DNA of 64,000 nucleotides from Octopus vulgaris (Eukaryota): NCBI GenBank assembly GCA_951406725.2, contig OX597819.1, positions 54,560,001 to 54,624,000 of the forward strand, read 5' to 3'. Shown piece by piece: positions 40,195 to 59,032 of this stretch (position 1 is its first letter; each line of letters starts with the position of its first letter). The notes under the pieces were generated by a model. It saw only the letters and a program-made list of their open reading frames with translations, ran no database searches and was not told where the DNA came from. The position numbers and the translations under genes were made by a program.

Positions 40195-40769
40195 ACCGAC
40201 AAATTAATCCTATTTGATGAAACCCTGTGACAACAAGTATTAACCCTGACAGGATCTGAACTCACAAATGGAGGTTTTTCTTGATGCAATGCAAGGTGGA
40301 CTGATATAAACCAGAGATACGGTTGTATGTAAAAATATTTATCACGGTAACATCTATAGCATGGTTGTATGGTTAAAAAGCACGTGGTTTCAAGTCTCAC
40401 TACGGAGTACCTTCGACAAATTTTCTCTTACAATAGCCACGGCCGACTAATACCTTGCGAGCAGGGAATTTGATTGACGGTAATCCCTACGCGCGCACAC
40501 ACACACGCGTACGCACACACACACACACGCGTACGCACACACACACACGCGTACGCACACAGACACACACACAGACACACACACACACACACACACACAT
40601 GTGCGTTTCTTACAGCTTGTTACTATGCGCCAATGATTGACAACCGATTTTGGTTTGTTTTCGTCCTCATAACGTAGCAGTTATGTTAAAAATGACCGAT
40701 AGTAAAAACACCATACTTAAGGGGTGGTAGTGGTGTAAATGAAAACAAGAGGGAAACAAGGTGGTGGTA

Positions 40770-42670
40770 GTGGAAATGAGAACAAGAGGGAAACAAGAGG
40801 AGATCCAGCATAAACAAAAAGAAAGACGAGCGGTTCGAATCTCGGCAAAATTTTCACGTTACACTCTCCATCCTCCCGTTGAAACGAGAACTTAATGTTG
40901 GCCAGCAGAAAATGAAGTGAGAACTTTGTGTATTTTTCAAAGAGTAAACGAAAAAGTGTGCATTGAAAGGTAGATGTGATGCAAAGCATGGATCTTAGAT
41001 ATCAAGAGAGAAAATATGAACTACTTGTAAGCGTGAAACTGTATACATGTCCATATTCAAATAAATCTGAATATAATGCAGTATAGAGCCTTGTTAGTTG
41101 TGTCAATAAGTTTCTCAGTACGGGAGCGGAGAAGTTGTTATTCTCATTGCGTAGTGTTGCAGGAATATTCTAGCGATATGTGTGTATAGTTTGGTAAGTG
41201 GAGGCACATGGCCTAGTGGTTAGAGTAGTGGATTCGCGGTCGATGGACCGCGGGTTCGAATCTCAGATCGGGCGATGTGTGTTTACGAGCGAAAACACCC
41301 AAGCTCCACGCAGAAGGTAATGGCGAACTCCTGCTGACTCTTTCGCCACAACTTTCTCTCACTCTTTCCTCCTGCATCATGCAGCTCACCTGTGACGGAC
41401 CGGCGTCCTGTCAAGGTGGGGAACCTATACGCCAAGGAAACCGGGAAACCGGTCCTTATGAGCGCTGGAGAAGGAACAAACAATAGTTTAGTAAGTACCT
41501 TGAAAGAATTGCAGGGTGTATCAAGCATTGTGTTCGTGAACGGTTGCTGTGCATAAAACAAATTCGGCTCCTGCAAAAGACGTCCTGAATACATAGATGG
41601 TGAAAAGTTTTTCCTTTTGGCGCGCTATGAAAAGGACCGACTATATTTCAGTTTAATCGTTGTCAGGGATTGTTTGTATTTCCGTATCCGAGAAATATGT
41701 TATGCGATGTATTTGGAGTGTCGACGCATTGCTGACGTAAACGGCGGGATAAAGATATTAGCTGTTGTAGATAGTACTGAATAGCAAACGACTCATCCAT
41801 CGCTGTGTCAGAAGATGGGTGCCGTGTAGAATGGTGGTTATTTAGCTCCAGATTAGCTCTCCGATAGAAAGGTATTACAATTACGACAAGCTCGTTTCTA
41901 TTTTTCCAGATATACTGCTCCTAGAACATTCTATGCATTTGTTTTTCTTTGGTGGTAAAGTCTGATACAGGAAATATTTGCTTGCTATTTTTAGAACTTA
42001 ATCTGCAACGTTGGATCGAGTCAAGAGCTGGGTTCATTTAAGTCACTAAAAATGATGACTTCAGTAGATATTACGAGAAGTTGTCAATCATCAAAAATAA
42101 TAATTAATAAATACTATACAAATCTTCATTTTCTGATTTTTATTATTATCAGTCGGAACCCCAGACTAAATAAAAGACCAAAGAATTCATGTAATACATT
42201 ACAATATCTTCTCTTGTTATCTTTGTTGTTGTTGTTGTTGCCGTTGTCACCGTTGTTGTTCTTGTTGGTGTTAAGGCTGTTAATATTTGTCAGTCAATAA
42301 ATTTATTAGGAATTCTGTAGGTAATTCATAAAAATACAAATTCTGCAAATGGGTCATAAAAATGATGCATGAAGAGAAAATAAAGGTAAATATAATTAAA
42401 ACAAATTCTCCAGCTTTGATTTCCTTTTCCTTTTTACAAAAATTGAAATTTTCAGTCGAAAAATGCTTCAGCGTGTTGAAGAGCCGCATTTAGAGATCTT
42501 TCTGTGAGTCTGGCAATTACAGCACGACGTGGGACAAATTTTCGTATATAGATCCATCCTCCAATTCCAGTTCTTGTCTTTTGAAGAAGCATTAGTCTTT
42601 TACTACTCCTGTATGCGGCAATCTGCAGCTTGTACATCTGAAAGCAATTGAATCCGAGAGTAATACTTGT
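40770..42670. repeat. Segmental duplication block, 3 copies (also 45476-47405 and 57159-59066)
   Basis: Near-identical ~1.9-kb blocks containing a SINE, the 3' flank and the type A terminal exon. Confidence 0.95.
42452..42637 (-). CDS. Unknown-family terminal exon, type A copy 1
   Basis: TTGCTTTCAG acceptor; MYKLQIAAYRSSKRLMLLQKTRTGIGGWIYIRKFVPRRAVIARLTERSLNAALQHAEAFFD*. Confidence 0.72.
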   Translation of the reverse strand: MYKLQIAAYRSSKRLMLLQKTRTGIGGWIYIRKFVPRRAVIARLTERSLNAALQHAEAFFD

Positions 42671-42911
42671 TGTTGTTGTTGTTGTTATTATTAATATTGT
42701 TATTAATATTAGTATTATCATTATTTCCTTCTTTCTTCAAATTTTCTTCCGTTTCTTGCCGGGTGTTTTCCGTACACCTAGGGCAGAGAAACTCATTGTA
42801 TGCATTCCCAGATTACACACGCAAATTCACAAGTAACATATGTATTTAAAATATACATTTAAATATTATTATTACTATTATTATTATTATTACTACTCTT
42901 ATTATTATTGA

Positions 42912-42987
<76 letters not shown>

Positions 42988-42991
<4 letters not shown>

Positions 42992-44679
42992 CGACGGGCT
43001 GATAGAATCGTTTACACGCCGAGCAAAATGCGTATAGGCATTTCGTTCACCTTAATGTTCTGAGTTCAAATTCACCGAGGTCGATTTTGCCTTTCATCTT
43101 TTCGTGGTCGATAAAATAAGAACTCGTTCAGCACTAGCTTGTCGATGTAATCGACTTGTGCCCTCCCACAAAATTGCTGGCTTTGTGCTAAAATATGCTA
43201 CCGATATTACGAAAGGGTCGGTAGATTTGAAAAATCATTATAGTGCGGACAAATACTTCCTTGAAAAATTTGTTCGGGTTCTTTACGTTCTGAGTTCAAA
43301 TTTCGCCGAGTTTAACTTTACCTATTAGCTTTTCGGAGTCGACGAAATTAAATACCAATCAGGCACAGGGATCGATAAAATCGATGATAGCACTCTGTTC
43401 AAAATTACCAGCTACGTGCTTATATTAGAAACAGCTGTAAGTGTAATTTGGACCACGAGTACTAGACTAATAAAATATAACCCGCTAGATTTCAGCAAAG
43501 AAGAAAAGAACCCGTAACTGGTTTTACTCGGATAAGCGTTATATGTATTATAACAAGCAAAACATAACAAGCAAAGCATTTTGTTCTAAAATATCTACAA
43601 GAGGTGCAAGAAGTAACTCTACTGCAAAGTAATGCTTTTTGCCACTTCAACATGGCTCTTCTGTATGGAACAATGTTACTACTCTTTTTTTAACCCCAGG
43701 GGGACGCCTCCTGCAGCTGGTTAACGACACAAAACCCGTGTCCGATATATTGCGAGCAAGGAAGCGAAACCGCTCCCCTGTCCACCATACATCCAGCGGT
43801 GACCTGTAGACCAGAACAGGTTTCAGGGTCTTACCCTTCCTCAGTACTGGACACCTGTCTGCAAGAAATGGCAGTCGTTCGACAATTGGCAAAAAAACAG
43901 ACCTGTCCGTCAGACAACAAACCGTAGTGAGAACGCATACATGGAAAATGGAGTGACTTTTCAGTGACTTTTCACGCGCTAAAACTTCCATGTGCAGAAA
44001 AAAAATTAGAGCGACAGATATCCAATTATGCCGATTGGTATTTTAGAGCGTCGTTATATGTTTCCGGTTCAAATATTACCAAAGTCAAGTTTATTTTTCA
44101 TATTCCTGGAGTGGGGGAATCCATAGAGTCAGTACAGAATGGAGTCGATTGAGTCAAGTGATCCCTCCTTGTTCGTATCATCATCGCCAGTCTTCAGCAA
44201 TCCCTGGACTTTAACGCCTCGAATCCTAGGAATCTTGGGGCTATCTGCCAGGTTTTCATGGCGTATAAAAGACCGAGATCACATCCTGCCCTCCTGAATG
44301 GGTCGCCGGTTCGTTTCAGGGGTTTCTTATTTAGAGCTGAGTGGGCTGGAGCAACGTGAAATGAAGTGTTTTGCTCAAGAACACAACGCATTGTCCGGTC
44401 TGGGAAGCGAAACCATGACCTTGCGATCGTTAGCGCAGCCCCTTAAAAGCTATGCCATGCACCTTCACATTTGGAAGTATGCAACAGTGAGCAATTATAT
44501 TTCATATTGCATACCTTCAAGCTCTAACGAATCTTCTAGTCCACCGTCATTTGGTTCTTCTTCCGAGCTAAATATTAAAATCAAAACAATTTCTTTCGAC
44601 AACTTCCAATGTGCAAGTGTGTATAACCGAACGAACTAATCTCTGCGCGCATACGTATATGTATTTATGAGCATGCACA

Positions 44680-44739
<60 letters not shown>

Positions 44740-45050
44740 AACACACACACACACGCACACCCATGCATACACACACGCACGCACGCATGCGCACACACTA
44801 CACACGCACACGCACGCAAATACACGCGCGCGTACACGCACACACACACTGTCACACTCTTATAAAGCGATATTTTGCCACTGTGTAGGCTCAGGAGTGG
44901 CTGTGTGGTAAGTAGTTTGCTTACTAACCACATGGTTCCGGGTTCAGTCCCACTGTGTGGCACCTTGGGCAAGTGCCTTATGCTATAGCCTCGGACAGAC
45001 CAAAGCCTTGTGAGTGGATTTAGACGGAAACTGAAAAGAAGCCCGTGGTA

Positions 45051-45060
<10 letters not shown>
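42988..45060. repeat. Segmental duplication block (copy 48168-50240; partial copy 38380-39097)
   Basis: Collinear, highly similar ~2.1-kb blocks. Confidence 0.95.
44515..44567 (-). CDS. Candidate 53-nt exon (copy at 49729-49781)
   Basis: TTTTAATATTTAG acceptor and AG|GTATGC donor; only one open frame, SEEEPNDGGLEDSLELE. Confidence 0.35.
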
Positions 45061-45105
<45 letters not shown>

Positions 45106-45248
45106 TTGTGTGTCTGTTTGTCCCCCAAGATCGCTTGGCAACCGATGCTGGTGTGTTTACGTCCCCGTAACTTAGCGGTTCGGTAAAAGTAACCGATAGA
45201 ATAAGTACAAGGCTTACAAAGAATAAGTCCCGGAGTCAATTTGCACAC

Positions 45249-45290
<42 letters not shown>

Positions 45291-47184
45291 ACACCCACGC
45301 ACACACAGACCCACACACACACACGACGCATTTGTGTCTTTCTGACAACTTGTTACTATGCGCCACCGATTACAACCGATGTTGGTTTGTTTTCGTCCCC
45401 ATAACGGAGCAGTTAGGTTAAAAATGACCGATAGTATAAACACCATACTATCGGTGGTGGTAGTGGTGGTGGTAGTGGAAATGAGAACAAGAGGGAAACA
45501 AGAGGAGATCCAGCATAAACAAAATGAAAGACGAGCCGTTCGAATCTCGGCAAAATTTTCACGTTACACTCTCCATCCTCCCGTTGAAACGAGAACTTAA
45601 TGTTGGCCAGCAGAAAATGAAGTGAGAACTTTATGTATTTTTCAAAGAGTACACGAAAAAGTGTGCATTGAAAGGTAGATGTGATGCAAAGCATGGATCT
45701 TAGATATCAAGAGAGAAAATATGAACCACTTGTAAGCGCGAAACTGTATACATGTCCATATTCAAATAAATCTGAATATAATGCAGTATAGAGCCTTGTT
45801 AGTTGTGTCAATAAGTTTTCTCAATACGAGAGCGGAGAAGTTGTTATACTCATTGCGTAGTGTTGCAGGAATATTCTAGCGATATGTGTGTATAGATTGG
45901 TAAGTGGAGGCACATGGCCTACTGGTTAGAGCAGTGGATTCGCGGTCGATGGATTTCGGGTTCGAATCTCAGACCGGGCGATATGTGTGTTTATGAGCGA
46001 AAACACCTAAGCTCCATGCGGCTCCTGCAGGAGGGAATGACGAACTTCTGCTGACTCTTTCGCCACAACTTTCTCTCACTCTTTCCTCCTGCATCGTACA
46101 GCTCACCTGTGACGGACCAGCGTCCTGTCCAGGTAGGGAACCTATACGCCAAGGAAACCAGGAAACCGGCCCTTATGAGCCTGGCATGGCTCGAGAAGGA
46201 ACAAACAATAGTTTGGTAAGTATCTTGAAAGAAATTCAGGGTGTATCAGGCATTGTGGTCGTGAACGGTTGCTGTGCATAAAACAAATTCGGCTCCTGCA
46301 AAAGACGTCCTGAATACATAGATGGTGAAAAGCTTTTCCTTTTGGCGCGCTATGAAAAAGACCGACTATATTTCAGTTTAATCGTTGTCAGGGATTGTTT
46401 GTATTTCCGTATCCGAGAAATATGTTATGCGATGTATTTGGAGTGTCGACGCATTGCTGACGTATACGGCGGGATAAAGATATTAGCTGTTGTAGATAGT
46501 ACTGAATAGCAAACGACTCATCCATCGCTGTGTCAGAAGATGGGTGCCGTGTAGAATTGTTGTTATTTAGCTCCAGATTAGCTCTCCGATAGAAAGGTAT
46601 TACAATTACGACAAGCTCGTTTCTATTTTTCCAGATATACTGCTCCTAGAACATTCTATGCATTTGTTTTTCTTTGGTGGTAAAGTCTGATACAGGAAAT
46701 ATTTGCTTGCTATTTTTAGAACTTAATCTGCAACGTTGGATCGAGTCAAGAGCTGGGTTCATACAAGTCACTAAAAATGATGACTTCAGTAGATATTACG
46801 AGAAGTTGTCAATCATCAAAAATAATAATTAATAAATACTATACAAATCTTCATTTTCTGATTTTTATTATTATCAGTCGGAACCCCAGACTAAATAAAA
46901 GACCAAAGAATTCATGTAATACATTACAATATCTTCTCTTGTTATCTTTGTTGTTGTTGTTGTTGCCGTTGTCACCGTTGTTGTTCTTGTTGGTGTTAAG
47001 GCTGTTAATATTTGTCAGTCAATAAATTTATTAGGAATTCTGTAGGTAATTCATAAAAATACAAATTCTGCTAATGGGTCATAAAAATGATGCATGAAGA
47101 GAAAATAAAGGTAAATATAATTAAAACAAATTCTCCAGCTTTGATTTCCTTTTCCTTTTTCTTTTTTTACAAAACTTGAAATTT

Positions 47185-47370
47185 TCAGTCGAAAAATGTT
47201 TCAGCGTATTGAACAGCATAATTTAGAGATCTTTCTGTGAGTGTGGCAATTGCAGCACGACGAGGAACAAATTTTCGTATATAGATCCATCCTCCAATTC
47301 CACTTTGTGTCTTTTCAAGAAATAATAGTCTTTTACTACTCCTGTATGCGGCAATCTGCAGCTGGTACAT
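47185..47370 (-). CDS. Unknown-family terminal exon, type A copy 2
   Basis: Same acceptor; MYQLQIAAYRSSKRLLFLEKTQSGIGGWIYIRKFVPRRAAIATLTERSLNYAVQYAETFFD*. Confidence 0.72.
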   Translation of the reverse strand: MYQLQIAAYRSSKRLLFLEKTQSGIGGWIYIRKFVPRRAAIATLTERSLNYAVQYAETFFD

Positions 47371-48025
47371 CTGAAAGCAATTGAATCCGAGAGCAATGCT
47401 TGTTATTATTATTATTATCATTATTATTATTATTATAATTATTATTATTATTATTATCATTGAGTGAGAGAGCAGTTCATGCCATCAAAGTGACACTGGT
47501 GTAAAATATACGAAGCCCAATATACCCATCATGACTACCCGTCTGATAAAGGTACACCAGGCACATGCATCACAACCATATGTGCGCGACATGGTGATCT
47601 CATATCAAGATAAACAGCACATGACCTTGCAGGTGGGGCCCAGTTAGAATTTTCTTCAGGTTGAGTAGCCCATCCCGCTCAAACGGTCCCTGAATAAGAG
47701 TTGTTTAAGGATGTTGAAAGAACCACCCATGTTTCCAGAGGTGAACTATTCAAACCCCAAAGAATCCCTCTCAACACATGGCTATGATGCTCCCCCACTA
47801 CTTCTGCTCGTGATCAGAGATGCACATATCGTCAGCCACTAAGGGACATGCTAAACTGGTTATGGTCAAACAACTGACAAGCAAATCTGTGGTATTGAGC
47901 AGAATATTTGCTGTAGCCCATCTTTTATACCAAGACAAAACAATGTACATGATAACACTTCCAATCAGTTAAGATCAGAAGCCATGAGAGCCACTGCTGG
48001 TACTTGTACTGCATCAGGGCATTTA

Positions 48026-48093
<68 letters not shown>

Positions 48094-48114
48094 GTATAAT
48101 TATTATCATTATTA

Positions 48115-48171
<57 letters not shown>

Positions 48172-49014
48172 CGGCGAGCTGGCAGAATCGTTTACACGCC
48201 GAGCAAAATGCGTATAGGCATTTCGTTCGCCTTAATGTTCTGAGTTCAAATTTACCGATCTCGATTTTGCCTTTCATCTTTTCGTGGTCGATAAAATAAG
48301 TACTCGATCAGCACAAGCTTGTCGATGTAATCGACTTGAGCCCTCCCACAAAATTGCTGGCCTTGTACCAAAATGTGCAACCGATATTACCAAAGGGTCG
48401 GTAGATTTGCAAAATCATTATAGTGCGGACAAATACTTCCTTGAAAAATTTGTTCGGGTTCTTTACGTTCTGAGTTCAAATTTCGCCGAGTTTAACTTTA
48501 CCTATTAGCTTTTCGGAGTCGACGAAATTAAATACCAATCAGGCACAGGGATCGATAAAATCGATGATAGCACTCTGTTCAAAATTGCCAGCTACGTGCT
48601 TATATTAGAAACAGCTGTAAGTGTAATCTGGACCACGAGTACTAGACTAATAAAATATAACCCGCTAGATTTCAGCAAAGAAGTAAAGAACCCGTAACTG
48701 GTTTTACTCGGGTAAGCGTTATATGTATTATAACAAGCAAAACATAACAAGCAAAGCATTTTGTTCTAAAATATCTACAAGAGGTGCAAGAAGTAACTCT
48801 ACTGAAAAGTAATGCTTTTTGCCACTTCAACATGGCTCTTCTGTATGGAACAATGTTACTACTCTTTTTTTAACCCCAGGAGGACGCCTCCTTCAGCTGG
48901 TTAACGACACAAAACCCGTGTCCGATATATTGCGAGCAAGGAAGCGAAACCGCTCCCCTGTCCACCATACATCCAGCGGTGACCAGTAGACCAGAACAGG
49001 TTTCAGGGTCTTAC

Positions 49015-49034
49015 CCTTCCTCTGTACTGGACAT
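49015..49034 (-). CDS. Candidate first coding exon or micro-exon (copies 43835-43854 and 38430-38449)
   Basis: ATGTCCAGTACAGAGGAAGG|GTAAGA (MSSTEEG); strong donor conserved in 3 copies; CpG-, GGAAGT- and CACG-containing sequence upstream. Confidence 0.3.
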
Positions 49035-50283
49035 CTGTCTGCTAGAGATGGCAGTCGTTCAACAATTGGCAAAAAAACAGACCTGTCCGTCAGACAACAA
49101 ACCGTAGTGAGAACGCATACATGGAAAATGGAGTGACTTTTCAGGAACCTTCCAGTTTGAACGCCCCGTTCTCGTGCTAAAACGATCACGCGCTAAAACT
49201 TCCATGTGCAGAAAAAAAATTAGAGCGACAGATATCCAATTATGCCGATTGGTATTTAAGAGCGTCATTATATGTTTCCGGTTCAAATATTACCAAAGTC
49301 AAGTTTATTTTTCATATCCCTGGAGTGGGAGAATCCATAAAGTCAGTACAGAATGGAGTCAATTGAGTCAAGTGATCCCTCCTTGTTCGTATCATCATCG
49401 CCAGTCATCAGCAATCCCTGGACTTTAACGCTTCGAATCCTAGGAATCTTGGGGCTATCTGCCAGATTTTCATGGCGTATAAAAGACCGAGATCACATCT
49501 CGCCCTCCTGAATGGAACGCCGGTTTGTTGCAGGGGTTTCTTATTTAGAGCTGAGTGGGCTGGAGCAACGTGAAATGAAGTGTTTTGCTCAAGAACATAA
49601 CGCATTGCCCGGTCTGGGAAGCGAAACCATGACCTTGCGATCGTTAGTGCAGCCCCTTAAAAGCTATGCCATGCACCTTCACATTTGGAAGTATGCAACT
49701 GTAAGCAATTATATTTCATATTGCATACCTTCAAGCTCTAACGAATCTTCTAGTCCACTGTCATTTGGTTCTTCTTCCGAGCTAAATATTAAAATCAAAA
49801 CAATTTCTTTCGACAACATCCAATGTACAAGTGTGTATAACCGAACGAACTAATCTGTGCGCGCGTACATATATGTATTTATGTGTATGCTTACACACAC
49901 ACACACATATACGTACGAACACACACACATGCACACCCATACATACACACACGCACGCACGCATGCGCACGCGCACGCAAATACACACACGCGTACACGC
50001 ACACACGCACACACACACTGTCACACTCTTATAAAGCGATATTTTGCCACTGTGTAGGCTCAGGAGTGGCTGTGTGGTAAGTAGTTTGCTTACTAACCAC
50101 ATGGTTCTGGGTTAAGTCCCACTGTGTGGCACCTTGGGCAAGTGTCTTATGCTATAGCCTCGGACCGACCAAAGCCTTGTGAGTGGATTTGGTAGACGGA
50201 AACTGAAAAGAAGCCCGTGGTATAAATGTATATGTATATATATATGTATAAGGGTGGAAAGGAACACACGAGTTGATATATAT

Positions 50284-54981
<4,698 letters not shown>

Positions 54982-55779
54982 TTGTGTGTCTGTTTGTCCT
55001 CCAAGATCGCTTGGCAACCGATGCTGGTGTGTTTACGTCCCCGTAACTTAGCGGTTCGGCAAAAGTAACCGATAGAATAAGTACAAGGCTTACAAAGAAT
55101 AAGTCTTGGGGTCGATTTGCTCGACTAAAGGTGGTGCTACAGCATTGCCGTAGTCAAATGACTGAAACAAGTAAAAGAGTAAAAGAGTAAAGAATTGTAT
55201 ATGTCTTTTGACGACGATTGTCGCCCTGACAGAAATTGTTATATTCCGAAATCGTCGATACAATGTGCTAACTGGCACTGTATGACTCCCAGTCGTACAG
55301 TGTTATTATCCTCAAAAGTTTGGATCGTTACAACGTTCACTCAGTATCACAGTATGATTACTATATCAGCACAGACACGACTGTCAACACAGTGTAAAAC
55401 ATACTCCACGTACTCTCTCGATACAGGCTGACGTCACCTTACCGATAGTGACTGGTTAATTCCACTTATTACTTGGGAGGGCTTTACCATAATTACTAAT
55501 TCCCTACAACACATACGCACGCATGCATACAATTTTATTGAAGCTGAAGTGACTTCAGAAACTGTTGCTCAGAAACTCAGAGGAATAATAGTTGTGACAT
55601 TTTATCGGCTTCGATAAAAGACTATTCTAGTCAGCCTTTGGTATTGGAGTACGATTTGTTTTGGGTTAACATGCTATTTACCGTCGTAAAAGACTGAAAG
55701 TAAATTGTTGGTTTAAAATGAAAGTATATTGCGATAGAAACCGGAAGTGATGAGTGATATGCCAAAATTTCACGAATCA

Positions 55780-56070
55780 CGTTTGATATCTGATGGGTAG
55801 GCTTCCTATGTGGATCTCAACAACTTCTATAATTATGAAGTTGTTAAACATTCACTCAATTGGGTCGATCCAAACGATGAAAGCATCCATATATGGACTA
55901 TACTAGGGCGATGGATGCTCGCCAAGAAAAAACTCAGGCGACAATGTGGGGCTAATGGTGGTTTATTTATGTCATATCTTGAGGAACATGTGTGACGAAA
56001 CATATTTAGAGATCGTGGAAAACTACTTACAAATCTCCTTTCGTGCATCAATGACGATTATATTTTCCCG
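55780..56070 (+). mobile_element. Merlin/IS1595-type transposase remnant
   Basis: ISDG*ASY...EVVKHSLNWVDP....HI.TI.GRW..AK..LR...G....F.SYLEE resembles the ISXO2-like DDE domain. Confidence 0.75.
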
Positions 56071-56254
56071 TTAATGTGATTGTTATTTTTAATAATACAT
56101 ATGTACGTTTTTCATGTTATATTAAAGATATGTGAGTTTATGTGTTGGATACATTGGTACGTTATATTGTATTTATATGAAATTATGGGATCACTCAGTC
56201 GTCACTTCTAGTTTCTATCGCAATGTACTTTCATTATATCTATGTATATCTTTG

Positions 56255-56256
<2 letters not shown>

Positions 56257-56327
<71 letters not shown>

Positions 56328-56328
56328 A

Positions 56329-56421
<93 letters not shown>
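56257..56421. repeat. Compound (TCTA)n(TC)n(TA)n microsatellite
   Basis: Seen directly in the sequence. Confidence 0.95.
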
Positions 56422-56425
<4 letters not shown>

Positions 56426-58846
56426 ACGAGCAAAACGCCTCCCGTCCAATTGACGGTGCTGAGTTGTCAAACATTTAAGCCAAAGTTTTCAAAACAACTT
56501 GTCCGACCGTCCCGTAGGCCTCCCCTTTGAGAAACACAGATTTAACCTAAATTTGAGACACCAGCAAAAGAAATAAAGATAGACTTTTTTCTATTCCAAA
56601 GAAAAACGATTTCCCACGGCTTTATCGATCGCATTCTCACCTGGAATCGATTTTTGTAATTTTTTCAAGACTTATACACGCCCTGATACCATCAGTATGA
56701 ACATATCAAATTTGAGCGCAATCGGATGGAGGATGCCCGAGGTCCTAGAAGCCACACACTCACAGACAGACAGAATGCATTTTATATAAGAGATATATTA
56801 TATATAATATATAAATAAAATAACATTTATATATATATATATAAATAAACTAACATTAGTTTTTTTTTAATATGTACCGAAATGCGTGTTGTAAGTAATT
56901 TATTTTCGAACGCCGAGACGCCGTTAGAACAGCAGAAACAGTGGGTGAATTACCTTTACAAAGCGGAAAAAAAATTGTCAGCAAATAGCCGAGGGACTCG
57001 AACCCACATCTCTTGAAGACTCCACTCAAGTGCTTTACCATTAAGCTAAACTGCCCACCGAGAAATTAATCCTATTTGATGAAACCCTGTGGCAACAAGT
57101 ATTAACCCTGACAGGATTTGAACTCACAAATGGAAGTTTTACATGATGCAATGCAGGGTGGAAATGAGAACAAGAGGGAAACAAGAGGAGATCCAGCATA
57201 AACAAAAAGAAAAACGAGCGGTTCGATACTCGGCAAAATTTTCACGTTACACTCTCCATCCTCCCGTTGAAACGAGAACTTAATGTTGGCCATTAGAAAT
57301 TGAAGTGAGAACTTTATGTATTTTTCAATGAGTACACGAAAAAGTGTGCATTGAAAGGTAGATGTGATGCAAAACATGGATCTTAGATATCAAGAGAGAA
57401 AATATGAACTACTTGTAAGCGTGAAACTGTATACATGTCTGAATATAAATCTGAATATAATGCAGTACAGAGCCTTGTTAGTTGTGTCAGTAAGGTTCTC
57501 AGTACGGGAGCGGAGAAGTTGTTATTCTCATTGCGTAGTGTTGCAGGAATATTCTAGCGATATGTGTGTATAGTTTGGTGAGTGGAGGCACATGGCCTAC
57601 TGGTTAGAGCAGTGGATTCGCGGTCGATGGATTTCGGGTTCGAATCTCAGACCGGGCGATATGTGTGTTTATGAGCGAAAACGCCTAAGCTCCATGCGCT
57701 CCTGCAGAAGTTAATGGCGAACTTCTGCTGACTCTTTCGCCACAACTTTCTCTCACTCTTTCCTCCTACATCATGCAGCTCACCTGGGACGGACCGGCGT
57801 CCCGTCCATGTGGGGGAACCTATACGCCAAGGAAACCGGGAAACGTATGAGGGCGCGAGAAGGAACAAACAATAGTTTGGTAAGTACCTCGAAAGAAATG
57901 CAGGGTGTATTAGGCATTGTGGTCGTGAACGGTTGCTGTGCATAAAGCAAATTCGGCTCCTGCAAAAGACGTCCTGAATACATAGATGGTGAAAAGCTTT
58001 TCCTTTTGGCGCGCTATGAAAAAGACCGACTATATTTCAGTTTAATCGTTGTCAGGGATTGTTTGTATTTCCGTATCCGAGAAATATGTTATGCGATGTA
58101 TTTGGAGTGTCGACGCATTGCTGACGTATACGGCGGGATAAAGATATTAGCTGTTGTAGATAGTACTGAATAGCAAACGACTCATCCATCGCTGTGTCAG
58201 AAGATGGGTGCCGTGTAGAATGGTTGTTATTTAGCTCCAGATTAGCTCTCCGATAGAAAGGTATTACAATTACGACAAGCTCGTTTCTATTTTTCCAGAT
58301 ATACTGCTCCTAGAACATTCTATGCATTTGTTTTTCTTTGGTGGTAAAGTCTGATACAGGAAATATTTGCTTGCTATTTTTAGAACTTAATCTGCAACGT
58401 TGGATCGAGTCAAGAGCTGGGTTCATTTAAGTCACTAAAAATGATGACTTCAGTAGATATTACGAGAAGTTGTCAATCATCAAAAATAATAGGAATAATT
58501 AATAAATACTATACAAATCTTCATTTTCTGATTTTTATTATTTTCAGTCGGAATCCCAGACTAAAAAAAAGATCAAATAATTCATGTAATACATTGCAAT
58601 GTCTTCTCTTGTTATCTTTGTTGTTGTTGCTGTTGCTGTCTTCACCGTTATTGTTCTTGTTGGTGTTAAGGCTGTTAATATTTGTCAGTCAATAAATTTA
58701 TTAGGAATTCTGTAGGTAATTCATAAAAATAAAAATTCTGCAAATGAATCATAAAAATGATGCATCAAGAGAAAATAAAGGTAAATATAATTAAAACAAA
58801 TTCTCCAGCTTTGATTTCCTTTTCCTTTTTACAAAAATTGAAATTT

Positions 58847-59032
58847 TCAGTCGAAAAATGTTTCAGCGTATTCAACAGCATAATTTACAGATCTCTCTGT
58901 GAGTGTGGCAATTGCAGCACGACGAGGAACAAATTTTCGTATATAGATACTTCCTCCAATTCCACTTTGTTTCTTTTCAAGAAATAATAGTCTGGTACTA
59001 CTCCTGTATGCGGCAATCTTCAGCTGGTACAT
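58847..59032 (-). CDS. Unknown-family terminal exon, type A copy 3
   Basis: Same acceptor; MYQLKIAAYRSSTRLLFLEKKQSGIGGSIYIRKFVPRRAAIATLTERSVNYAVEYAETFFD*. Confidence 0.72.
   Translation of the reverse strand: MYQLKIAAYRSSTRLLFLEKKQSGIGGSIYIRKFVPRRAAIATLTERSVNYAVEYAETFFD

Noticed and set aside
40717-40989. Triplicated ORF MLCITSTFQCTLFR... and ORF MMTSVDITRSCQ...
   Set aside because: Conserved only because of the recent duplication; no recognisable domain or splice signals.
41201-41275. tRNA-like sequence (also at 45906 and 57583)
   Set aside because: A/B boxes run straight into a SINE body with no proper acceptor stem, so these are SINE heads rather than tRNA genes.
43647-43991. 114-aa minus-strand ORF shared between units
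   Set aside because: It is truncated by a stop or deletion in the paralogues and crossed by a strong splice donor.
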